Shown here: in pieces, positions 1-12,200 of the stretch
Layout of the letters: each line of letters starts with the position of its first letter
How positions within the stretch are numbered: the first letter of the stretch is position 1
DNA from: Macrostomum lignano
Taxonomy: Eukaryota
Direction of reading: 5' to 3'
DNA length: 64,000 bases
Assembly: GCA_002269645.1 (NCBI GenBank)
Contig: NIVC01002088.1
Coordinates: forward strand, 1 to 64,000
The notes under the pieces: generated by a model
What the model was told of the DNA's origin: nothing
Databases searched by the model: none
What the model saw: the letters and a program-made list of their open reading frames with translations, nothing else
Program-made: the position numbers and the translations under genes

Positions 1-1769
1 TGCACAATTTTTCACTTTCTTCTTGGCTTTTGCCATTCAATAATCACAATTTTAAAGCACTAATATCCCTCTAGTTTAGGAGACAAAAAGTTATACTTTA
101 CAAAATGGTCTGGTTCTAGAACTAGAACAAACAATATGAAGAGCCTCACTGATTGCCATATTTATTGTTACTAAATTATGGGAGCACCCACAGAAAATAA
201 ATTAGTACGCATTACTGTAATGCCATACACCTAAATTCTATAATACATTTAGACGGCGGCTGGGTGAAGCTTTTCCACTTCACTTTTAAAAAATACTTTA
301 GCGACATGTAACAAAAAAGTACACACCAAGTACCACTAGAGAACCAGTGATCCGTTGTATCAGTACGCACAATTCGTCTTTTGATAGTCATGCGCTACTC
401 AAGGACCACTGTATATAACTTTACTGTACTGTAACGTACTGTACTAACTGGTGGTCCTTGGCGCAACTACATGTCACTACATAACACAATTAGTGTGGAA
501 ACCGAAAAAAGCTTTAAAAACTGAAAGCTGCATGATGTAGCTATTTTAAATTTCGATCTCAAACTGTATAATGTTAAAGTTGAAAAAAACTTGAGACACT
601 AATTGCAAATTAGAGATCGTGATAGTCCTAAAGCAGCTATTGCATTTGATCCTTATAATTATCTTCGACAAGATTCAAAACAAAAAATAATAATAACTTT
701 TTAAATTCGTATACTTAAGACTCTGAGGTGTGAATTTTGAAAACCAGTAAATTTGTTATTTAAGTTTATTTTCGTTGCTAATATACTTGTAGCTGTAAAA
801 AAGAATCAAGACCCGAGACCAGGCTTCTCTTTTAAAGAAAACAGATAACAAGAGCGGTACATTATGATAAGTAGACAGTAGACACGTAAAGCATACATGT
901 GTATTTATTTATAAATATATGACGCGAAAATAATATATCCTTTGTACACAAAATGAATGCAGTCTATATTACAATATCATGTGACTGTACAGAATGAACA
1001 TGTGAGCATTTCAACTCTAAGAATATTTAACTGTTGGCATTCTATTATAGGTTAATATGGTGATACTTTTGTTTATGAAGACACGATTCAACAATATAGG
1101 ATGATTGAGGATGCTCATGAACTACAGAGCCGAAACTCACTCAGATTCAATCACTCAATATTATAAGACAGTTAAGATATTCAATGAGTTTAAAGGGAAG
1201 AAAAACACGAACACAATGAGCGATCGAGGTAACAATTTAATAATGATATAAACAATAGCAATACAAATCCAACAAATTAATTAGGCACATTGTAAGCTAC
1301 AAATTGCGATAAGTTACCTGTGATATGATTATTATTAGTATGTCTTAACCACCATTATTTAAGCAGTTGTATACTACTTGTACATACCAGTAGTGTGGAG
1401 GCAATATCTAAGTAAAAAACGCGACACAAATAGACATACAATTCAGAGGCAGCAATACAATTTGAACACAGGTAGGTGCACACTACAAGAAAATGCAAAC
1501 CAAAACTCAACACTGCAGGAAGAATCGAAGCAAGATAGTGAACTACAATGTAGCTGGTAACAACTGCAGACGCAGACAATTCATGAAGGTATGTGCTAGC
1601 TAGATATTAAAAAACCATGAAAAAACAGAGCTCACTCAGATTTTTTACTTTGCTACAACAATTAAAAGCGCAATTGTTACATTTGCACACATCAGATAGA
1701 TACTACTAAGCTCTAATTCAGTAGTTTATTTACATTGTCTTATCTTTTCTGCTTAATTAAAACTTACAC

Positions 1770-2210
1770 TGGCCAAATTCGCACCACAGATACCACAATA
1801 ACTAGATGGGCCGTACATTTGCGTGTAAGCTACTTTCAGTTCAGTAGTAAGTTTAACTGAAGCATTTAAATGTTTTTTAAAGATTAGGCTCTTTTATTGG
1901 CTCTGGTCCCCAGCTTAAACCCTTGAACTCCACACAGAACCTCTACCCCTGCCCCGCCACCCAATTTTTATTGCCTTTCTAGGAATTAGTCTAAATCTGC
2001 CATGTACATTTCCGTGGACTGGCCAATGTACATTATGGCTGAACCAAGTTGTTTACGCCTGCTAGCTTTGGGCTTCTAAATTTATCAAAGTGATTTTAGC
2101 TGCCTTCTTATAAAACAGCTTACATATTCTTCATTGCTACTGAACTGAAAGTAGAAAGCTGTTTTGCTAAATATATATCTGGTTATACTAGTATCTGTGA
2201 TTTGCACCAA
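1770..2210. mobile_element. Degenerate inverted-repeat (MITE-like) element
   Basis: The 1770-1850 motif CACAGATAC..ATAAC.AGAT...CTACTTTCAGTTCAGTAG recurs reverse-complemented at 2137-2210; no TSD established. Confidence 0.4.
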
Positions 2211-3338
2211 GTTCACGAAAATTCAATTGAGAAAATCGTGCAAACGGACAGAGCTTGTCTATGGGCTAAACCCTATCAGACACTAAATGTGTTTTAATTT
2301 TCGATAACGCTTTTTCAAGCTTGGTTACTTGGAAAGAAACGTGTTGAAGAAATGAAAATATGGAACATACAGTTACTTTCATCTATTAGTTCGCGATACT
2401 TGACACTTCGTGTTTGTTTATATAAAAAAAACTTTAACCTTGATGCGAACTTTCGAATCAAAGTCCACGAAGACGCACATTACTGCTCACATTGCAAATT
2501 GAAGCTAGCTTTCTAAAAAAACGATAATATAAAAATATATATAATCTATGTGTTAGCTAACTAAAAAGACAGGACAAAAATAATTTTGGCACATATAGTT
2601 TCTAACATTCATTCTAATTATCCTTATACCCAGTGATAAAAAGGTAAAAATAAATATATACGAGAAGTCCTGCGCTGCAGTATTATAAATATGATTTATC
2701 ATTATAACAAACCCGATAATTACACGTATAAAATACAACTACAACATCAATGCATATTCAGATAATAAGACATAAACTAACAGACGAGTAGCGAAGTTGT
2801 TTGTTTATAACACAAATTCAGGCACTTTATTTACTATAAAGAAACTCTCAAAAGAACTATACAGACCCGATGAGAACGGTACCCAGGCCAAGAAGCGTCC
2901 CAGAGTCGTTGCAGGTAACACAGGTGAAATAGGAAAGAACTGACTCTAGACGACTCTGAAATGACGAGATACTCAAGGATCCTCAAGGCGTTTTATTGTC
3001 TGCGACTCTGAAACGACTCTGGGGCCGCAGAGTCGCATCTGAGGCGTGCCAGAGTCGCTGCAGAATCACCGAGTTGCGTCTGAAGCGCATCTGCGTCACT
3101 TTATGAATTCGAATAGCATTTCGCATTTATAAAAACTCTATTTAGTCTACTTGAGTCAGTAGAAAGTTAAGAAGATTCTTGGACGACTTTTACGATTCTG
3201 CAACTCACGTGATGAGCTCGTGACTCAACAGTCGCTTTTGTTTGCAATGACACTTTAGCGATTCTTGTCTTAGTAGCGTTTCCAATGGACTATTAATAGT
3301 TTGCAACCCACGCACCAACAACAAACAAGAAAGTACTG

Positions 3339-4035
3339 TCAGTGCCAACTGGAATCTGTGAGCCCAGTCTGCCCGCGTCGCTGCCCAATGCCGCTCCCAG
3401 CCAGAAGGCATTGAAGCTCTTCGCCGTTCCTAGCGGCCGCCGCGACCGCAGCCTCGGCCTCATCTACCGAAACAGAGTGCTGCAGGCCCGTGGGTTTCCG
3501 CTGGTGCTGCTGCTGCTGACAGCCGGGGCCGCCGCCGCAGCCGGGGAAGCCGCAGTTCGGCCGACGACAGGAGGTCAGAGCCCTGTCGGCTGCACCGCCG
3601 CCGCCGCCGCCGCCGCCTGCGACTGAAACGGCGGTATTAGTGGCGTTGGCGGCGGCGGCTGCTGCTGCAGCTGCGGCGAGTACCATGTTGCCAATCTCGA
3701 TGGCACTGTTGTTGCGATGGTGATGACCGTGCGGCGGCAGCGGCGGCGGCTGCTGGTGGGCATTCGACCGACCTGAGGGGGGATACGAGTAGAGTTGAGT
3801 GACAGGAGAACAAAAAATAATCTGAGATTTCTTACTCAGCGTTGTGTATAAAATTTATAGATAGATGGCACGCATATATACACGAGAGGTTAATCAGTGA
3901 TGAATGGCAATCGCTTAAGACTGAAAGAAAAAGGAACACTATGTACTACTAATAGTGTTATAATCTGTGCCTTAATTTATATTTTTATCATCTAGTTACG
4001 GATAGCAATCTGTCTGTTTTCATAACTTCAGCATA

Positions 4036-4066
<31 letters not shown>

Positions 4067-4079
4067 GGCAGACAGACAG

Positions 4080-4170
<91 letters not shown>

Positions 4171-4752
4171 GGCGAGCTCACCAGATTGGTTTCGGGATCT
4201 GGAGCCGCTGCCGCTGGAAGCCTCCGCATTGCTAGCCGAAGCTCCCAGCCGGCCAGAGTGATGATGATGCCGTTGATGATGCGAGATGCTGGACATGAGA
4301 TTGGGCCCGCCGCCGCCAGAACTGGGCATGGGGAACATCTCCTCGGGCGGCTGGCTGGGCGGGGACTCCTCCAGGCAGGCGTACACGCAGCCGGGATTGT
4401 CCTGCAGCCGGTTGAGCACCTCGCTGATTAGAGGCCGCTCCGCAGGATTATAGCGCCAACAGTCGGTGACGAGGGCGCGCAGGGCGGTGCTGGCGCTTTC
4501 CGGGAAATGGTTCAACAGGGTGGCACCTCGTACAATATTGTGGCTGACCTGTAGGATGGGATAAGAATTACTACGAGATGTATATATTCATATATCTATA
4601 TATTACTGCTGCTTGATATGGGTAACTAAACTATCTCTATTTATCTATCTATGAACAATCATTCAATTACGTAATCAAACAATCAGTCAATCAACCAATA
4701 ATCAATTAATCAATCACTAAATAATTAATCAGTCAACCAATCAATTAATTAG

Positions 4753-4794
<42 letters not shown>

Positions 4795-5188
4795 CTTAAC
4801 ATTGCTAAGCCTCTCTGACCCACAGAAGTTGCAGCAATCTTCAGACACCCGAGTTTACATACAGATTACTCAAATTTGACTACTGAAATTTTGTCATGAA
4901 TCAAAGGAGCAGATTTTGAGGAGCAGAAAACTTGCCTGCTGATGCGACAATTCGTAGAATGGAAATTTGCCAAACGTGACCAGTTCGTACAGTACAACAG
5001 CGTAGGCCCACACGTCGCTTTTCACAGTGTAGAAAGCGTACTGAATAGCTTCTGGCGGCATCCAGCGCATTGGTACGGCATTAGCCGAGCTCATTCGATA
5101 ATAGTCTGGAGCGAATCTGGCTAAGCCGAAGTCGCCAATTTTCACCGTGTAGCTGGCGTGAATCAGGCAGTTGCGCAGGGCTAAGTCG
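3339..5188 (-). CDS. vkr: VKR exons 10-12 (4936-5188, 4182-4548, 3339-3772), kinase C-lobe and low-complexity A/G/Q/H-rich tail
   Basis: [47 protein letters not shown] and [10 protein letters not shown]; tail ends ...LTDSSWH*. Confidence 0.92.
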
Positions 5189-8100
5189 CTAGAAAAGAAG
5201 TTTTAAAAAGGTTCTTTATAATTATACTGACGATACTCAGTCAAACTACTGTTAGCAGTCTGAACTGGTGTTAGAAATCGTAAAATATTTGCAGTAGGAC
5301 ATAGTTTAAAAACGGGACAATATTTGCTTTTACGCTACTGATAGTAGTTTTCAGTTGCGGAAATATCGGTAATTAGGCTAAGTTTGGATTTTGCGGGATT
5401 TATTATTAGTAAAGAGCAGTTGAGCACTCGAGAAAAAGCATGCTGGGATGCAGTCTTTTGACTTAAAATAAGGGACTAGGACATAGAAAATAGGAAATGA
5501 ATATAGTATTAGAGGAGTCCTGCCTCTAAAATCAGGGAGTCTTGCTAAAGCATGGAGATAGAACTGGGAAATTCAATGTAAAACTTTTTTGTATGCTGAC
5601 AATCTTATTATTGATAACATGTACTTAAATAAAACTAAGAGTATCAGGATTAGGGAGTATCAGGAAACCCGGTAAGACGTCCTGGGGAATGAGTTCGTCC
5701 CGAATCGGGGATACCGGCTGAGTCCGGGTCCTCTTGTGCCTTGTGCCCTTTTCCCGACCCCTTGGCCCGGCCTCCAATCTAAAGCTGGATAGGTGATACC
5801 CTTGTGGCTTGCAGCCCTATAGGAGGGTCTTGCAACGTCTACCTCTTGATAGGAGACTCGCCCTTGGAAACAAGCCTTCCAACCAAACTCCAAAGTTCCT
5901 AACCATTGCTTTTTTCCGTAGACCTCTGGGGTTTCCCCGGTCTCGGACCGCTCTAAGTAGCAACAAAGCTTTTTCAAACCTTTTTTCGCGCGCACTCCCA
6001 AGGACTTGTCTGCTGGGTGGTGGCCTGGGTGGACTCAGTCCTAGCACCGTCCCTGATTCCACTGTTGGGTTGGCGGTGCCTTAGTCTATAGGCTTGGGTT
6101 AGTAGTAGTTCACACCCAACCCTAGCCAAGACGTTAGGGTCTAACTAAATTTAGTGGGTATCTCAGGCTTAGGCCCCTGGAAGTGCCCATCAGCGGCAGA
6201 GCCCCTCCCAGGGCTGATCCGCGGTAGCAACAGCTCCCACCCCCGTTTAACAATAACAAACCCGGTAAGACGTAAAGACGTCAGTAAAGACGGTCTCCGA
6301 CTGTTTTTACCCTGGCTGCCTCTCTGGCGGCATTTCTCGGGTTGTGCGCAATCCAATTGGCCTGGCTCTCGCTAGCCCAATCCTAAAGAGTCTTCAGCGG
6401 AGGTGATGTAGTTATCTAAAAATAATCCATCTTTTTCGTACATTCCAATTATTTCGGCACTCGGCCTTGGTTTAGGGGGGTGTACCTGGAGTGAGTGCGT
6501 ACTCTGGACGGGGGGGGGCATCACAAACCCGAAAAATCACAACTCCGAAAAGAGCTTTCCATCATAAACCTGAAATATCATAAACCCGAAATATCACAAA
6601 CCCGAAATATCATAACTCCGAAAGTGTTAGCAACGCCCATCATAAACCCGAAAAATCACAAACCCGAAACATCATATCTCCGAAAACAAAAATAGCATTG
6701 CCCATCTTAAACCCGAAATATCACAAACCCGAAATATCATAACTCCGAAAGTTCTAGCAATGTCCAACACTATTTTGGTTTTCGGAGTTATGCTATTTCG
6801 GGTTTATGATGGGCAATGCTATTTTGCCATTTTTGGTTTTCGGAGTTGTGATTTTGAAGTTTATGATATTTCGGGTTTATGATGGGCGTTGCTATTTTGT
6901 TTTTCGGAGTTATGATATTTCGGGTTTGTGATATTTCGGGTTTGTGATAATTCGGGTTTATGATATTTCGGGTTTATGATGGGAAGTGCTTTCGGAGTTG
7001 TGATTTTTCGGGTTTCTGATGGCGACCCCTGCCTCTGGACTGCAGTGTGGCTAGAACGGGACTTGAGCCCCCCGGTCGCACCCGCCCTGCAGGAAAAAAA
7101 TGACCATTCACAAAGGTGTACGGTAGAGCCCAGTAGCATGCCAGCCCTGAGGCTGAGCCCCGGGTTTAGGGTTCAGGTGCTCCTCCCATTGCTTTTATCC
7201 CTTGTGTTTTATCTGGGCTGGCATCCCAGTTTTAATCCTTTGTGCTTTTACCTGGCATTAGTTTGCCATTCCCACATTGGAGTTATGAGCTCTGCCCTCC
7301 CTGCCCGGTCCATCTTTCTCTCCTCGGTCTACATGCTGGCTCCTCTGGTTGCCTCCCTGCCCTAGTGTCTTGGCTCTCATCCTGACAGTGGATTGGAGTC
7401 CTGGGTTGGATGTTCGTTCCGAATCGGGGATACCGGCTGAGTCCGGGTCCTCTTGCTCATTGTGCCCCTTCCCGACCCCTTGGCCTGGCCTCCAATATAG
7501 AGCTGGATAGGTGACACCCCTTGTGGCTTGCAGCCCTGTAGGTAGTCCTGATCCTGCCTGACAGGAGACTCGCCCTCGGAAACAAAACTTCCAAACTCGC
7601 TCCAATAATTAGGCCTTTTCCGAGACTTCAGGGTCTCCCCGCTCTCGGAACGCTTTTCAGTAGTATCCCAAGAATTTTTCAATCCAATTTCTTTTTCGCG
7701 CACTCCCGGGATTCGTCTGCTGGGTGGTGGCCTGGGTGGACTTGGTCCTTGCGCCGTCCCTATTTCCACTAATATTGGGCTGGCGGTGTCTTAGTCCATA
7801 AGGCTTGGGTTGGAAGACTCCCCTGGCCCAGACGTCAGGATCCAACCTCGGGGTATCTCGGGCTAAGGCCCTTGGTAGTGCCCCTCAGCGGCAGAGCCCC
7901 TCCCAGGGCTGATCGGGTAGCTCCCGGCTTCCCACCCCCGTTTAACAACAACAAACCCGGTGGTAGCAACCTGCCAAAATCAAACCAGTAGAATCCACTA
8001 AAGAATAATTATAATAAACCAGTAGCTTAAACCGCAGAATCACGACTGCAGATTATTTGGCAAACTTGCCTAAGGCTATGAGCTTTGGATCAAAGCATCT

Positions 8101-8841
8101 GAGCAACCCCCAAGAGCCTCGTCATCTCAGCAATCCTCTCATGCTGTACAATGAGCGCAATATAATTCATAGTCGAAAATTTCCCGCTAGATCCTAGCAA
8201 CAAAGCATGTTTTGCAATTAATTAATCCTTGGTTCCGCTTGGAAAATTAGCAAATTTTTTTATGAAATCAATTACCTAGCAAGGTCTTTACTAGTACTAA
8301 TTAGACTACGAAGCATTCGAAGAGTCTAAGATAGTCATAGTTACTCTTGCCGTTTACCCACAGATTTGCAGGTTAAACTGTATATATTTTTAATAATTAA
8401 CAAAATTAACAATTCATTTCTCAAAGCTCACCGATGCACTACAGGTGGGTCTTGCGAGTGCAGGTATTCCAATCCGCTGGCAATGTCGATGGCAAACTGG
8501 GTGAGCAGTTCCGGACTGGTGTCGCCGTCCGATCTGCACAGAGCCTGAGTAGTTTGAGAACACGGTTTCAATTGCTAGTAGTAAGAATATGCGAAGGTGA
8601 TGCTCAGTGAACACTAATAATTAGTAATAATACACTCACGTGGGTGCGCCTAGCCATTAGAAACGATTTCAGATCGCCGTACAAACAGTTCTCCATAATA
8701 ATTAGAAAAGGCTCCGCTGCGGTGCAAACAGCCAATAGACGGATTATGTTCTTGTGAGACAGGTGAGACAGGTGCTGCAATGTAGAGGAAGACTTTCTTT
8801 TACACTGTGAATGACTAAGACACACACACTAAGACAGACGG

Positions 8842-8892
<51 letters not shown>

Positions 8893-9097
8893 AACAGACA
8901 GACAGCCAGACAACAAGACAGACAGACAGGCAGACAATAAGACAGACGGACAGACAGACAACAAGACAGACAGGCAGGCAGACAAACAGACAGACAGACA
9001 GACAGGCAGGCAGACAGACAGACAGACAATAAGACAGACGGACAGACAGACAACAAGACAGACAGACAGACAGACAGACAGACAGGCAGGCAGACAA

Positions 9098-9131
<34 letters not shown>

Positions 9132-9155
9132 ACTAAGACAGACAGACAGGCACTA

Positions 9156-9246
<91 letters not shown>

Positions 9247-12200
9247 TAGACAGACACTAAGACAGACAGACAGACAGACAGAGAGACAGGCACGCACAGA
9301 GAAGCAAACAAACAGCAATGCAGGTGCATACCTCGGCCTCTTCAAGAAACCGCAGCACATCCTCAGTCTTGGAGTCCTCCTGAATCAGCTTGATCGCGCA
9401 GGGTTCCCAGGTCTGCTGGTCAGCTAGAAACACCTCCCCGCCGTACACAAACGCAAAGCAGCCTTCGCCAATTTTCCTATTCATAATGACTTTCTCGCGA
9501 GCGACCTCCTTGTGCGAGAGTCGCTCTCTGATGTCTTTGAATGGCTGGCTCTGCTTACGGCGCATTCTGCGCTGGCAGTATCGGAGCAGGCCGAACAGCA
9601 CCATGAGCAGACAGCCCAGTATGAGCAGCACGAGCACTATGCAGAATGCCGCCAGAGTCTCCAAGCAGGACCAGCCCGGCAGCAGGCGCATCAGGAACGC
9701 GGTCGGACAGTCCAGGTCCGCTCGCAACGGGCGGATAAATTTCCCATCGTAGGTGGCGAATCCCACGGCTTCGTTGGATTCAGACGGGTCTACGGGGATT
9801 TCTTCCACCGTGATTTTTTGTTCCCGGTCCGAGTGCCAGCGGTACCTGGGGAATTGCACGGGAATTCTTTTTGTCTTCAGTGGACTGTGAGAAGAAATTC
9901 AGTTTTAGATTCATAACGAATTGATCTTAACTATTGATTAATGATGATGATTAAATGATTCGACCATCAGAGCGAATTGATTCCCATAATTCCCCGCAGA
10001 TTGTCACAGTGAATTAATTTCCTCAAACTGTCAGAGTCCATTAATTCTCCTACTAGACTGTAAGACTGAATTAATTTCCATAGACTGTGTCAGAGTTAAA
10101 TAATTCCCTAGACTGAAATTGAAAGAGTGAATAAATTCCCCTAGACTGCCCGGGTGAATTAATTCCCCTAGACTGTAAGAGTGAATTAATTCCCATAGAC
10201 TCTCAGAGTTAATTAATTCCACTGGACTGTAAGAGTAAACCCCTAGACCGTCCGGGTGAATTAATTCTCCTAGACCGTCAAAGTGAATTAATTCCCCTAG
10301 ACTGTAAGAGTGAATTAATTGCCCATAGACTGTCAGAGTGAATTAGTTCCCCTAGTCTGTCACAGTGATTTAATTCCCTAGACTGTAAGAGTAAATTAAT
10401 TCCCCAGACTGTCAGAGTGAATTAATTCCCCTAGACTGTAAGAGTGAATTAATTCCCCATAGACTGTCAGAGTGAATTAATTCCCCTAGACTGTAAGAGT
10501 GAGTTAATTCCCCATAGACTGTAAGAGTGAATTAATTCCCCGTAGACTGTCAGAGTGAATTAATTCCCCTAGATTGTCCGGGTGAATTAATTTTCCTAGA
10601 CCGTTAGAGTGAATTAATGCCCCTAGACTGTAAGAGTGAATTAATTCCCCAAGAATGTCAGAGTGAATTAATTCACCCAGACTGTCAGAGTAAATTCTGC
10701 GGCTTACAATACGCTTAATTCAAGACTGAGAATTTAGTAATTCGTCACAGTCAATTATCGCAGCCACTCACTTAGCCAGTACTCGGCCGTGATAGCCGGC
10801 ACCATTAGCGCGGTATCTGCGCAGCCAGACCATCATGTAGCCCTCGCTAACTGGCAATCGGCTATAGAAGTCATGGTCATCATTGCTCAAACTATTCTCC
10901 AATAATTTTCTATAAAGCTTCACAACTGAATCGCTTTTCAATCGTTGAATATAAATCGGATCGCTGGTGTACAGACTGCCCAGAGCGCTAGCCAATAGGA
11001 AGATAGCGTCGCTAGTGTAGACACCAAAGTGATTCTCGGCGAACACATCGGCAGATGGCAGCTTGGCAACTGTTAGGTTCAATCTGCGACGGTACACGGC
11101 CAGCCTAGCTGGCGGCAGGTAGTTCTTTACAATTAGATGACCGTCGCTAACTGCCGTTATCTCGGCGTTGGTGCAGCCTCCGATTTCGCCGCTGCCGCCG
11201 CCGCCGCCGCTGCCGCCGACAAATTCGTCGGCCAGCGCCCCGGTGCCCGTGCAGTTCGCTCCGGCGTCGGTAAAAATCTCCTTGGCCCAATTGGCTAAGA
11301 TAAATGCGTAATTATTGCGCTGCGACATAGCGAGCTGGTGGGCTGCGCACAGGTATAAACAGGTGCCGCGACGAAAATAGTCCATCACGATTACCTGGGA
11401 GGGACAGGCGATTAAAGTTGATTGATTCTTGAACCATCTTTTACTCATCTGTTCACACTATGGACTCTTTTTTAGTTATCTCTCACTAGCTGAGTGGGGA
11501 ATCAGTCTGCTTATGCAGGTTAATAGCTAGGGGAATTTCTCACTAGCTGAGTGGGGAATCAGTCTGCTTATGCAGGTTAATAGCTAGGGGAATTTTCACT
11601 AGCTGAGTGGGGAATCAGTCTGCTTATGCAGGTTAATAGTTGGGGGAATTTTCACTAGCTGAGTGGGGAATTAGTCTGCTTATGCAGGTTAATAGCTAGG
11701 GGAATTTCTCACTAGCTGAGTGGGGAATCAGTCTGCTTATGCAAGTAAATAGTTAGGGGAATTTTCAACGTGTAGAATTGAGTCTACAAAATCGCTAACT
11801 GACTACTAAAAGTAGACTACTACAGCATTTACCTGGCATTGAGCCTTTTTGGCGCGTCGAAGTGAATCCAAAGCCCGGTGCAAAGTTAAATCTTTTTCGG
11901 CCACCACTTCTACTAGGCACAGGTGCTCGTTAAAGTCCAAGCTAGGTGTTGAAAGTATGAAGGTGAGGGGTTCTATCAGTAAATCAGTAACACGCCTTAA
12001 TAGGGATAATCAATGGATGACAAAAAATCTGGCTCATGAATAACTTGGTTTATAGAGGTTGTAGTGGACAGGCTGAGGTTCTAGTGGACATGCTGAAGTT
12101 CTAGTGGACAGGCTGAGGTTCTAGTGAACAGGCTGAAGTTCTAGTGGACAGGCTGAGGTTCTAGTGGACAGGCTGAAGTTCTAGTGGACAGGCTGAAGTT

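Noticed and set aside
1-1600. Short ORFs in the AT-rich left end
   Set aside because: No coding signature; treated as intergenic.
3988-4035. AEVMK peptide after the microsatellite, resembling kinase alphaC
   Set aside because: It lies in intron 11; the true alphaC region is already encoded by exons 7-8, so this is chance.
4020-4229. SVCL/TDRQ-repeat ORFs here and at 8744-9360
   Set aside because: Translations of (GACA)n microsatellites inside defined introns.
6190-6260. Ribozyme (HDV-like or hammerhead) in the GC-rich terminal hairpin of the retroposon
   Set aside because: Could not assemble the HDV P1-P4 nesting or the CUGAUGA/GAAA core by eye; an Infernal or RNArobo search would be needed.
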